From Terrimicrobiaceae bacterium (GTDB taxonomy: Bacteria; Verrucomicrobiota; Verrucomicrobiia; Chthoniobacterales; Terrimicrobiaceae): a stretch of DNA of 30,712 bases. Position numbers and translations under genes: made by a program. The notes under the pieces were generated by a model. It saw nothing but the letters and a program-made list of their open reading frames with translations. It was not told where the DNA came from and ran no database searches. Of the stretch, positions 1-8,765 are shown in pieces; position 1 is the stretch's first letter; each line of letters opens with the position of its first letter. The stretch is taken from NCBI GenBank assembly GCA_041752695.1, contig JBGSVZ010000010.1:1-30712 (forward strand). Reading direction: 5' to 3'.

Positions 1-2
1 GC

Positions 3-926
3 GCCCGCCGCACGCCCGAGGGCACAATCGAAGATGGCGACCGCTGGCATCCGCACGGGTTGTGCGCCGGATCGTCGCTCTGGCGGAAGGAAAAAACAGA
101 ACGTCTGGCCACACTCGCCGCCGCCGGGGTGAAGTTTTTCAGCTTCGATTTTAACGATGCCAAAGATTATGCGGGCTTTGGTTTCCGACGCTACCCCTGC
201 CATGGGGAGGGGCACGATCACGGAAGGATGCAAAGCGAATGGGAGCATGTCGCAGCGGTCGCGGGGCAACAAAGGGAGTTCCGCGAAACCTGTCCGGACG
301 TCTTGGTTGAGGCCCATGACTGGGCGCTCGCGGGCGACGCTTCACTCCCGGGTTATCTTTTTCCCGCGAGCGCGCAGGAACGCTGGGGCTTTGAGTACAT
401 GTGGAATCCCTTTGCCGACCTTGCCGCGGGGCGACTGCAAAATCTCTACTACTTCAACCTGTCGTACAACCGGCCTTTGTACCTGCACTTGGACCTGAAA
501 AACGATCACCCCGAAACCCTGGTGGCCTTTTGGTTCCTGGCCAGCACGATCCGGCATCTCGGGATCGGAAATTTCACCGCCATTTCCGAGGACCACCAGA
601 GGCGGGCCAAGGCGGCTGTTGCGGTCTATCTGGCCCACCGCGAGTTCTTTTCGACCGGGGTATTTTTCGGGGCCGGGCCCCTCGTTCACGTCCATGCGAT
701 TTCCGGCCGGGGAGCCCTCCTGCTCTTCTTCAACGACCGAGACAGCCCTCGCGCCGTCCACGCCACGTTTAACCGGGCTGATCTCGGGTTGCCGACAGCG
801 GGAGGGATTGTCTGGGAGACGCTCTGGGGGGAGCCCCCCAAGGTCAGTCCAGATTCCGAAGGATTTAGGGGGAAGGCGGCCCTGTCCGCCTGGGGTGTTT
901 GCATGGTGCAAATCCGCCCCGCCTAA
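3..926 (+). CDS. 5'-truncated putative glycoside hydrolase, clan GH-D / GH36-like TIM barrel (C-terminal part)
   Basis: The frame is open from position 3 (ARRTPEG...) to TAA at 926, so the gene starts outside the window. GVKFFSFDFN resembles the GH36 G-x-D-Y-x-K-x-D-x-N nucleophile strand, followed by CPDVLVEAH (cf. PdvliEnC) and a C-terminal beta-sandwich-like tail. Confidence 0.55.
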   Translation, partial: ARRTPEGTIEDGDRWHPHGLCAGSSLWRKEKTERLATLAAAGVKFFSFDFNDAKDYAGFGFRRYPCHGEGHDHGRMQSEWEHVAAVAGQQREFRETCPDVLVEAHDWALAGDASLPGYLFPASAQERWGFEYMWNPFADLAAGRLQNLYYFNLSYNRPLYLHLDLKNDHPETLVAFWFLASTIRHLGIGNFTAISEDHQRRAKAAVAVYLAHREFFSTGVFFGAGPLVHVHAISGRGALLLFFNDRDSPRAVHATFNRADLGLPTAGGIVWETLWGEPPKVSPDSEGFRGKAALSAWGVCMVQIRPA

Positions 927-1010
927 GGGCTCTGGCGACGTTTTTCCGCTGATTTTCTCCGCACCGGTAACGTTCGCCAAAAGACCTCCGCACCGTGAGA
1001 GAATTCGGCG

Positions 1011-1048
1011 AAGGGGCCGGCGGAGAAGTGAACGACTTCCGGCCTTTT
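1011..1048. terminator. Possible intrinsic terminator between convergent genes
   Basis: AAGGGGCCGG...CCGGCCTTTT stem with an inner GAAGT/ACTTC pairing, lying between two convergent glycosidase genes. Confidence 0.35.
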
Positions 1049-1096
1049 CTGCGCCTCCTTGTCGAGGAACCTAAATCCCCGGACGTGAAAGGAGCA

Positions 1097-2458
1097 TCAC
1101 CTCACCGCCGTCTGTTGATCCAAGGGCACCGTCAAACCCTCTTTGGCATAAAGAGGACGAGCCCCCGAAAGGAAATGGGCTGCCGTTTCAAAAGCAAACG
1201 TAAACAAGGCGCAACCGTGCGGTGGGATTTCCACTTCCAGCCCGTAGGCTCCCGGACTGATGTCGCGGCGCGCCCAAAGATCACGCGCCTTCACTGGGGC
1301 CTCGCTCGCCAGTTCGTGCCAGGGAATCACCCGTTCTGAAAACCCATCCGTGAGATTGAAGACTCCCACATGAACCACTCCGGGAACGGAGTCGGCGGCC
1401 ACCCAGACGTCGGGATAGTCTTCGGATCCCAGGGGATGGGCCCCCAACCCTGTCCGCTGTAAGTCGATCACTTCCGGGTTGGTCAGCAGAGAAAGCGTCT
1501 CCTCGTCCATCTCCAGGAGATTTCCCCCGATGAAGAGCGGAGAACGGAACAAACACCAGAGCGTCATCATCGTGCGGCGTTCGTCGGGAGTAAAATACGA
1601 GTCGTGTTCCGGTCCCACCGGGCCACGTTTGGACAACCTTCCCAAGGGCAGCATGTCCGCATCCGGCCACGCCTCCGGCTTGCGATGGGGTGCCCAATTC
1701 GCGCAATACCGAAACATCTCCCGCAGTTTTTTCCAATCGTCCCAGAAATCCGCCGTGATGCGCCACAGTTCGGCATGGCGGGCAATGTGGTCGGCCCGCT
1801 CCACCGGACAAGGCCCGGGCGAGACACTCAACAGCATTGGACGGCCGGCCTGCTTCCGCGCCCGGTCAATCGCTTCGATCTCCGACGCCCGATACGGAAA
1901 GGAAAGATCATCCGCTTTCACAAAATCCACCTTCCAGGACGCATAAAGCCGGAAGAGGCTGTCATAATACTCCTGGCCGGCCGCCGAATCCGCACGCACG
2001 CCAAACATGTGATTAAGCCAGAGACAGGTGTCCTCCGGGTCGGCCATCTCGACCGCCCGATGACGCAAGGTGACCGCGGGGTATCCCGGATAAAAGGCCT
2101 GGCGAGGCAGTCCCCGCATGATGTGGATGCCAAACTTGAGCCCCATTTTGTGCACTTTTTCGGCCAGGGGACGAAAGCCCGCGCCGCCCGAAGCCGAGGG
2201 GAACCGCTCCGGCGCCGGGTGCAATCGAAAGTCCCCATCCATCGCCAGATAGGGTTGAAACTCGTGCATTTGGTTGGGGTTGGTGCTGGCGGGGGGATTG
2301 GGGTGCGACCAGCAATAATCCACCACGACGTGATCCCATCCGTGGGGTTTGAGATGCCGGGCGAGAAACTCCGCGTTCGCAAGTACTTCCGCCTCAGTGA
2401 CGGTCGCGCCGAAACAGTCGAAGCTGTTCCATCCCATCGGGGGAGACTTCAAGATCAT
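1097..2458 (-). CDS. Glycoside hydrolase family 27 (alpha-galactosidase / beta-L-arabinopyranosidase-like clade)
   Basis: GH27 motifs PPMGWNSFD, GLKFGIHIMRG, WKVDFVKADD (nucleophile Asp), LWRITADFWDDW (acid/base Asp), WPDADMLPLG and SPLFIGG. Closely resembles Geobacillus Abp-type sequences as I recall them. No signal peptide. Confidence 0.93.
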   Translation of the reverse strand: MILKSPPMGWNSFDCFGATVTEAEVLANAEFLARHLKPHGWDHVVVDYCWSHPNPPASTNPNQMHEFQPYLAMDGDFRLHPAPERFPSASGGAGFRPLAEKVHKMGLKFGIHIMRGLPRQAFYPGYPAVTLRHRAVEMADPEDTCLWLNHMFGVRADSAAGQEYYDSLFRLYASWKVDFVKADDLSFPYRASEIEAIDRARKQAGRPMLLSVSPGPCPVERADHIARHAELWRITADFWDDWKKLREMFRYCANWAPHRKPEAWPDADMLPLGRLSKRGPVGPEHDSYFTPDERRTMMTLWCLFRSPLFIGGNLLEMDEETLSLLTNPEVIDLQRTGLGAHPLGSEDYPDVWVAADSVPGVVHVGVFNLTDGFSERVIPWHELASEAPVKARDLWARRDISPGAYGLEVEIPPHGCALFTFAFETAAHFLSGARPLYAKEGLTVPLDQQTAVR

Positions 2459-2503
2459 GCCGTAGCCTCATGCCCCCGCCTTCCGCCAACAACGACAACG
2501 GCT

Positions 2504-2517
2504 TGCAAATCCTTGCA
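2504..2517. promoter_or_regulatory. Candidate LacI-family operator TGCAAATCCTTGCA
   Basis: Near-palindrome 46 nt upstream of the GH27 start; the same motif recurs at 5214, 5252 and 13207. Confidence 0.6.
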
Positions 2518-2534
2518 GGTCCGCAAATCCGAAT

Positions 2535-3446
2535 TTAGGGCCGTCGGAGCTCGACCAGCACGGTGTGGCTTACGCGGCCTCCCGGTAGCCACGGAAGCAG
2601 CCGCGGGGAAAGCTGCTCGACCTCCAATACCGGCCAGTCATGGGCTCCGAGATAAATCTGTGTGGGAAACCCACCGTCGGGGTCTCCCACGACGCGGCCG
2701 TTGATCCGGCCCGGGTGAAGGCGCAACTGCCCCACCGGCCACCTCGCGAAGAGTGTTTGCTCCGGGAAACCCAACTTTTCCTCCTCGCGGCCGCGACGCA
2801 GGAAGACGCGATTGAGGGCGACTTTGGCCTGCCGGGGAAAGGCGAAGATCGTTTCCGTGGTCGGACGACCCGCCAGAGGGAGTCGCACAAAACCCCGGGG
2901 AGCGGACGGGCCCGGGGCGGGGTGGGCCTCGACAACAGCTGCCGCATCCACCTGAAAAATCTGGATGGCCTGCCGGCCACGGTCGGATGTCTCCTGCCAG
3001 GAAACGCCACATTCCAGGCGGCCATCTCCCCGCCATCGGTACGTCCGCCGGATGGCGACCGCCTCACCCACCCCTCCGGGCGACTCCACCTCCAGGAGGT
3101 TGCCGGCCCTCAGCTTGATCGACTCCGCCGGCATCATTTCCCAATTACGGGGCGGCGGCCAGAACGGCTTCCAATCGAACTGTGGGCCCAGCCAGACGCG
3201 ATGCCCCCCCATTTGCAAAGAGTCGGGAGGCTCAGCTGGACTGTAGAGCAAATTTGGTCCCGCAGACGGACCCAGATAACTCAGGCGGCCCCGCGAAGGA
3301 TCCACTTCTGCCCGCCATCCACCCGACTCCGAACGCCAGACCGGCCCGCCTTTTCCCGGCACCTCCCGCCAGCCGGGCGAAACCGCGCAGCCCGAGAACA
3401 AGATGGCCAGCGCAAGGATAAAGACCGCCCGCCCGGTCGTCGTCAC
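2535..3446 (-). CDS. Putative lipoprotein, DUF4380-like (aldose-epimerase-like beta-sandwich)
   Basis: GTG start at 3446 overlaps the upstream LacI stop (GTGA). Hydrophobic stretch plus lipobox-like LFSG-C. GGHRVWLGPQ resembles the DUF4380 motif. Confidence 0.6.
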   Translation of the reverse strand: MTTTGRAVFILALAILFSGCAVSPGWREVPGKGGPVWRSESGGWRAEVDPSRGRLSYLGPSAGPNLLYSPAEPPDSLQMGGHRVWLGPQFDWKPFWPPPRNWEMMPAESIKLRAGNLLEVESPGGVGEAVAIRRTYRWRGDGRLECGVSWQETSDRGRQAIQIFQVDAAAVVEAHPAPGPSAPRGFVRLPLAGRPTTETIFAFPRQAKVALNRVFLRRGREEEKLGFPEQTLFARWPVGQLRLHPGRINGRVVGDPDGGFPTQIYLGAHDWPVLEVEQLSPRLLPWLPGGRVSHTVLVELRRP

Positions 3447-4516
3447 CGCTTCGTTTTTCCAGGTGCCGTGGCCCCATCGACCCATTTGCCTTCGATGGTC
3501 AGACCGAAGGGATTTTTGGGGACACTCAATTCATTACGCTGCAGCACCTGCACAAGCAGATCCACCGCGGCGGCCCCCACCAACTCGCTGCCCTGATCGA
3601 CCCCACTCCAACCGGGGTGGGTGGAATCCCGGTCCAGCAACGCCACCGCTACCTGGCCGGGAACCTTAATCCCCGCTTCCTCCAGCCATTCCTTCACCAC
3701 GGGAAACGTCGAACAGACCGCGTCCGGCTTAAAACTTTCGACCCATTGCAGAAATTGTTTCTTCCCGCGCACCGAATCATACCGCAGCACCGCCTGGCGG
3801 GGCGACGGCGATCCGCGCCTTTCCAGGGCATTGCGAAATCCCGCGCTGAAACGCTGTTCCACAATGCACTCCACATAGTCCGGAATCGCCATGCCCACGC
3901 GTTTATAACCCAGATCCAGCAGGCTATCATGGGCCAGCAAGCCGGTCGCATATTGGTCGTTCGTCGCAAAGTGAAAAGCCGGATCAACCAATTTGCAGCC
4001 CACGGTCACCAAGGCCAGCTCCTCGTTCTCGAGCGGGATATCCCGGCCGCTGGCGGAATAATCGCGGAGCGGCGGAATGAGAACCCCGCGAATTCCCCGG
4101 TTCAGAAAAATTCGCGTCAGGTTCTTTCGGTTGGTCTCGGGTCCGCCGGCCCAGAACCGTTCGAGTTTATACCCGAGCTGCTTCGCCCGCTCCGCCGCCC
4201 CGTCGTGAAACCGCTGCTGAACGGTGAACTTTTTCCAATCATTCTCCCCGGCCAAGGTGTCCACGATGGCAATATTAGCCTGATAGGGAATCGGTCGCGC
4301 CGTCCGCAAATGCGACATCAGAGCGCTCACATAAGGGTTAGGGGTGTATTCAAGCCGCCGGGCAATTTCTTGAATTCTCCGGCCCGTTTCCTGCGATACC
4401 AGCGGGTGGTTGCGCAAGGCACGGGAGACGGTGCTGATGGACACCCCCGCTTCCAACGCAATCGTCTCGATGGTGGGGCGGGTGGGTTCGGAAGACTCGG
4501 TCGGGGAAGAGGCCAT
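3443..4516 (-). CDS. LacI-family transcriptional regulator (Verrucomicrobia-type)
   Basis: HTH TIETIALEAGVSISTVSRAL, hinge YTPNPYVSAL, and a periplasmic-binding-protein-like domain (RGIRGVLI, GIKVPGQVAV, GAAAVDLL). ATG at 4516 chosen over the longer ORF start. Confidence 0.93.
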   Translation of the reverse strand: MASSPTESSEPTRPTIETIALEAGVSISTVSRALRNHPLVSQETGRRIQEIARRLEYTPNPYVSALMSHLRTARPIPYQANIAIVDTLAGENDWKKFTVQQRFHDGAAERAKQLGYKLERFWAGGPETNRKNLTRIFLNRGIRGVLIPPLRDYSASGRDIPLENEELALVTVGCKLVDPAFHFATNDQYATGLLAHDSLLDLGYKRVGMAIPDYVECIVEQRFSAGFRNALERRGSPSPRQAVLRYDSVRGKKQFLQWVESFKPDAVCSTFPVVKEWLEEAGIKVPGQVAVALLDRDSTHPGWSGVDQGSELVGAAAVDLLVQVLQRNELSVPKNPFGLTIEGKWVDGATAPGKTKR

Positions 4517-4633
4517 GGGAATTTTTGGCAGGCTACCATGCCCCCTCGCGGCGGGCAACCCCGGCCCCAAGGGATGGGTCATGAAAAAACCCTGCGGCTG
4601 GAACCCGATGGCCACAAAGTTCGGTCGCGCTGA

Positions 4634-5167
4634 TCAGGGTTTCTGCTCGGCGTCCCAACTCACGAACGTGACATTCACGCGTTTCTCGGGATTGAAAGTG
4701 CCCTGCACCTGAATCTGGCGGATAATCCCCATGTCGGGTTTTTCAGTCGCCGACACCTCGTCCGGCTTGGCCATGTCGAGCTCGACTTCGGTTTCTTTGC
4801 CGATCTCCAGTTCGGCAAGGGGGACAAACCAGACAGCCTGTTTTCCATCGGCCGCGTGGAACTTAACCATTAGCCTATCTTCGGTGTTGCCATCGTTCAC
4901 CTTCAGCCGGACGCGGAATTTCGTGGCAGACTCCAAATCGAGAAGCTCGGCAAAAAAGATTCCAAAGCCTCCCTTGGCCGTTCCGGAGACCGTCCAGCCC
5001 TCAACCGTCCTCTCCCCGACAGAGGACAAATCCTCCCATTGCTCATAACCATACACCGGAGCCTTCTGGGAAAAATTCCAGATGGGGATGCCGCCCGAAC
5101 TGGCCGCTTGAACAAACGGGCAGACCAACGCGAGGAAAAGAGCGAGAATCAACAGGGGAAACTTCAT
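4634..5167 (-). CDS. Secreted hypothetical protein, possible carbohydrate-binding jelly-roll domain
   Basis: Signal peptide MKFPLLILALFLALVCPFVQA; 177 aa, beta-rich with exposed Trp/Tyr/Phe; LDLESATKFRVRLKV resembles CBM11/CIA30-like modules. Confidence 0.7.
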   Translation of the reverse strand: MKFPLLILALFLALVCPFVQAASSGGIPIWNFSQKAPVYGYEQWEDLSSVGERTVEGWTVSGTAKGGFGIFFAELLDLESATKFRVRLKVNDGNTEDRLMVKFHAADGKQAVWFVPLAELEIGKETEVELDMAKPDEVSATEKPDMGIIRQIQVQGTFNPEKRVNVTFVSWDAEQKP

Positions 5168-5213
5168 ACCATGATCCTACCCAAGAGTCCTCACGCCGTC
5201 GAAAAGTTCTCAC

Positions 5214-5265
5214 TGCAAGTCCTTTCATTCTTCGCGCAACCGGCCCCGCCCTGCAAGGGCTTGCA
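5214..5265. promoter_or_regulatory. Two candidate operators, TGCAAGTCCTTTCA (5214-5227) and TGCAAGGGCTTGCA (5252-5265), in a divergent promoter region
   Basis: The second site has perfect 6-bp arms (TGCAAG/CTTGCA) and lies 47 nt upstream of the ATG at 5312; the first lies 47 nt upstream of the ATG at 5167. Confidence 0.65.
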
Positions 5266-5311
5266 CGTCACTGCGAATGAGCGGCGGCCAATTCTCGCCT
5301 AGCGTGACCGA

Positions 5312-7468
5312 ATGCGTTCCGCCCTCCTCCTGCTCCTTCAGGCTACCTGCGCCACGGCCCTGCTCGCGGCCGACCTCAGTTGGCAGCCCCTCCACGAACC
5401 CGGCTCGGGCGGTTGGCTGACATCGCTGCGGATCAATCCCACGGACTCCTCGCACCTCGTTCTGGGCGGCGACATGCTTGGCATCGGGGTGAGCCGGGAC
5501 CAGGGTCAGTCGTGGGGCGGCGGATTTGGCCTGCCAAGCTGGGAAATCGGGGACCTCACCTTTGATCCTGCGGACCCCCGGATTGTCTGGGCCGGTACGA
5601 TGTCGGGTCCGGCCGTCAGTCGGGACGGCGGCACAACTTGGGAAAGCAAAAGAGAGGGATTGCCCCCCCTTGCCGGGGGATTTTATTCCGCCCCCATCCA
5701 GCGCATTTTGATCGATCCGGCCAATGGCAAACGCCTGCTGGCGTTCGCCGGCTCCTACCGCGGCTGGGAGTCGCCCGGTTCTCCGAAATTCGGCTACGTC
5801 TGGGAAAGCCTCGACGGTGGCGAGTCCTGGCAGGAATTTTCCGCAGTCCGCCCCTATCGAAACATCACCTGGGTCGATGCCGATCTGGCCTGGAACCGCC
5901 TCTACGCCGTAGTGCATGGCCAGGGGGTCTTTGTCAGTCCCGACCGCGGTAAAACCTGGACCAAATCCGTCGAGGGACTGCCGGAAGACGCCGCCATCCG
6001 CATGGTTGCCGTCCATCCCCAGGATGGCAAAACCGCCTGGGTCGCCACAGGAAATTACCCCACCTCGAAGGGCTCGTCCCAACTCGAACCGGGCGGGGTG
6101 TATCAAACCACGGATGGCGGAAAATCCTGGCACCGCTCCAGCCAGGGGCTGCCCACGCAAGGGGGAACAAACCGCAACTTCGTGCCACGTTTTCAAGCCA
6201 TCGCGGTCTCGCCGGTCGATCCGCAGAAACTCGCCACCTCGGACACCTCGTGGGCCAGTGATGCTGTCTATCACTCCTCCGATGGCGGAAAATCCTGGAC
6301 CAAGGTCTTCGACAAAGCGCGGGCCCGGGAAATCTCGGTCGCCTATCCCGCCGGGATGGGGGCCACGGTCATCACCTTCGATCCGCGTGAAGCCAACACC
6401 TTTTACGTGGCAAATTCCGAGACCGTGCTCCGCACCGCGGACAGCGGAATCACCTGGAACGACGTCACTTCGACACCGGTTAGCAAAGAAGGCGGCCTCA
6501 CCTGGCGGGGGCATGGCTACAGCGGCCTGTGCAGCACTGGTGTTATCTTCCATCCCACCCGCCCCGGCTCCGTCATTCTCACCGCGATGGACGCGGGAAA
6601 ACACCTCCGCTCCGATGATGACCTGAAATCGTGGTTCTTCTTCGAGAAGGGATTTTCCCAACCTTGGGGAGGCGCGAATGACGCCGCCTTTGCCGGGCCG
6701 GAAGGACAGATCGTCTACCTCGCAGCCGGACAGCACGGCGGACAGGGGTGCATTGCCCGCAGCGACGACGGCGGACGCACCTGGCGGGAATTTCAAGGCA
6801 AAGCCTGCGGGCTGCCGGAAAAATCCGAAGCCATCGCGGTGCATTGCGATCCCGCTGCTCCCGATCAGGTCTGGGCCATCATGGGAGGTTTCCTGCATGC
6901 CAGCCAGGACGGTGGGAAGTCGTGGAAAAAATTGGCCGAGTTCCCCGGTGCGACCACCATCGGAAAGCCCCCGACAGGGGCGTATCCCTTTTATGTCGGT
7001 TTCCGGGAAGGGGTTTTGAAAACCGAGGACGGCCAGACGTTTTCCCTCCTACCCGACTCCCCGAAGTCTCCGTCCCGCATTCAGGTTTCATCCGGGGCCC
7101 CTGACCAGCCTTATGTCGTCCGTCACCGCACCGAAGATGGCGGGGTCTTTCGTTGGAACGGAAACACTTGGGAACACCTTTTCAAAAACAAAGCGGCGTA
7201 TGATATTGCCCTCCACCCCGGGAATCCCTTCCGCATGGCGGTCGCCACCTCCGACGACCCGTTCCACGACAAAAGCAGCGCCACCGGAGTCTGGATCACC
7301 GAGGACGGCGGTGCCACCTGGCGGGCGGCTAACGACGGGCTCTCCTGCCTCCGAGGCAAAACGATCGCCTTCGATCCCCATCAACCCGACCGCCTGATTT
7401 TCGGTTCGTTCGGCAGAGGGTTCTTCCAAGTCAACTGGCCGGCTGCCGATGCCGCGTCGGCTCCCTGA
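5312..7468 (+). CDS. Secreted BNR/Asp-box repeat beta-propeller protein (GH74/VPS10-like)
   Basis: Signal peptide; about 12 Asp-boxes (SRDQGQSW, SRDGGTTW, SLDGGESW, SPDRGKTW, TTDGGKSW, SSDGGKSW, TADSGITW, SDDGGRTW, SQDGGKSW, TEDGGATW and others); N-terminal PGSGGW; C-terminal GSFGRGFF. Confidence 0.88.
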   Translation: MRSALLLLLQATCATALLAADLSWQPLHEPGSGGWLTSLRINPTDSSHLVLGGDMLGIGVSRDQGQSWGGGFGLPSWEIGDLTFDPADPRIVWAGTMSGPAVSRDGGTTWESKREGLPPLAGGFYSAPIQRILIDPANGKRLLAFAGSYRGWESPGSPKFGYVWESLDGGESWQEFSAVRPYRNITWVDADLAWNRLYAVVHGQGVFVSPDRGKTWTKSVEGLPEDAAIRMVAVHPQDGKTAWVATGNYPTSKGSSQLEPGGVYQTTDGGKSWHRSSQGLPTQGGTNRNFVPRFQAIAVSPVDPQKLATSDTSWASDAVYHSSDGGKSWTKVFDKARAREISVAYPAGMGATVITFDPREANTFYVANSETVLRTADSGITWNDVTSTPVSKEGGLTWRGHGYSGLCSTGVIFHPTRPGSVILTAMDAGKHLRSDDDLKSWFFFEKGFSQPWGGANDAAFAGPEGQIVYLAAGQHGGQGCIARSDDGGRTWREFQGKACGLPEKSEAIAVHCDPAAPDQVWAIMGGFLHASQDGGKSWKKLAEFPGATTIGKPPTGAYPFYVGFREGVLKTEDGQTFSLLPDSPKSPSRIQVSSGAPDQPYVVRHRTEDGGVFRWNGNTWEHLFKNKAAYDIALHPGNPFRMAVATSDDPFHDKSSATGVWITEDGGATWRAANDGLSCLRGKTIAFDPHQPDRLIFGSFGRGFFQVNWPAADAASAP

Positions 7469-8730
7469 ACCTGACGTTCCCAAGCGCCCGTCGTTCCGTC
7501 CCGCGATTTTTCCACCACCGCCAGTCTTCCGGCCAGATACTCCCGCAAGGCCGGAGTTTCGGTGAGACCTATCGCCCGTCGCCAGGCCGTGACCGCCTCC
7601 GCCGGCAACCCGCAACGCTCCAGCACATGAGCCCGGGTCGCCCAATACGGTTGGTGGCATTCGACTCTCGCTCGCGAAATTTCGTCCAGAGCCGTCAAGG
7701 CGGATGCGGGATCTCCGCTCTCAGCCAGGGCCGCGGCTCGTCCGATCACCGCCCCAGAACCGGCGGTGAATTCCAACAGACGATCATAGAAGGCAACAAT
7801 CACCCGCCAATCGACCGTTCCCGTGATTCGTCGGGCGGAATGAACAGACTGGATGGCCGCCTCGAGCTGATAACGTCCCGGCCGGGCGGCCCCGGCGGCT
7901 GCGGCCAGCGAACCCTCCGCCTCATCGATCAAGCTGGCATTCCATCGCTGAGGGTCCTGCGCCGGAAGGGGCACAAAGGTAGCGCCCCCCTCGGAGAACC
8001 TGGCCTCCCTCCTCGCCTCACAATGCAGAATCAACGAAAGAAGTCCCGCTGCCTCCGGCTCGTCAGGCAGCAGACGAACCAGCATTCGCGACAGAAAAAC
8101 CGCTTCGGAGGCCAGCAGGAGATTTCCGCCCTCGGACGAACAATTCCAGCCCGCGGAGTAGGCCGCATAAATGGCGTCAAGCACGTCGGCTGCCCGCCCG
8201 GGATATTCTTCCGCATTGGGAATGCGGAACGGAATCCCCGCCGCACGAATGCGGGATTTGGCCCGGACCAACCGTTGGCTCATCGCCGTCGGCGAGGTGA
8301 GAAATGCGCAGGCGATCCGATCCGCCTCCAACCCCAGAATTGTCTGAAGCATCAAGGGCGTCCGTGCCGCGGGATCAATTGCGGGATGGGCACACACAAA
8401 AAGAAGCTTGAGGCGCTCATCAGGAAAATCCTCCGACCGCGCGGATGCATCCAGCGCCTCTTCGAGGAAATGACGCACCTCGGGCTCTCCGCGCTCCCGA
8501 ACCGTGCGACGCCGGACGCCATCGACGAGACGCCGTTTCGCCACCGCCAGAAGCCAACCCTCGGGATTGGCGGGCGGCCCGTCCTCCGGCCAGCGTTGCA
8601 GGGCCTGCAACAAGGCATCGCCAAGAGCGTCCTCCGCGGACGAAACATCACCCGCCTTCACCGCAAGGTAAGCCAGAAGGCGGCCATAGGATTCCCGCGC
8701 AACCTGCTCAACGATTCCCTCGGCATTCAT
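7381..8730 (-). CDS. ECF RNA polymerase sigma factor, ECF42 type (C-terminal DUF6596/TPR extension)
   Basis: ARESYGRLLAYL, AEDAL, WPEDGPPANPEGWL, DERLKLLFVCAHPAI, MSQRLVRAK, GRYQLEAAIQ and DWRVIVAFYDRL; lies downstream of a DGPF/YciI gene. Confidence 0.92.
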   Translation of the reverse strand: MNAEGIVEQVARESYGRLLAYLAVKAGDVSSAEDALGDALLQALQRWPEDGPPANPEGWLLAVAKRRLVDGVRRRTVRERGEPEVRHFLEEALDASARSEDFPDERLKLLFVCAHPAIDPAARTPLMLQTILGLEADRIACAFLTSPTAMSQRLVRAKSRIRAAGIPFRIPNAEEYPGRAADVLDAIYAAYSAGWNCSSEGGNLLLASEAVFLSRMLVRLLPDEPEAAGLLSLILHCEARREARFSEGGATFVPLPAQDPQRWNASLIDEAEGSLAAAAGAARPGRYQLEAAIQSVHSARRITGTVDWRVIVAFYDRLLEFTAGSGAVIGRAAALAESGDPASALTALDEISRARVECHQPYWATRAHVLERCGLPAEAVTAWRRAIGLTETPALREYLAGRLAVVEKSRDGTTGAWERQVQGADAASAAGQLTWKNPLPNEPKIRRSG

Positions 8731-8765
8731 GACGAAAAACGGCGCGGAGGACGGACCGGGGCCTC

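Noticed and set aside
957..995. Direct repeat CTCCGCACCG at 957 and 986
   Set aside because: Only two 10-bp GC-rich copies between convergent gene ends; not an array and plausible by chance.
5225..6898. 557-aa minus-strand ORF, and similar long antisense ORFs at 1604-2704, 3617-4633, 7627-8817, 13153-14538, 17405-18943 and 27860-28876
   Set aside because: Shadow ORFs opposite well-supported genes in GC-rich DNA; no recognisable motifs.
7445..7461. The peptide ADAASA is encoded on both strands at the same place
   Set aside because: Follows from a short near-palindrome (GCCGATGCCGCGTCGGC) in the gene overlap; no evidence of function.
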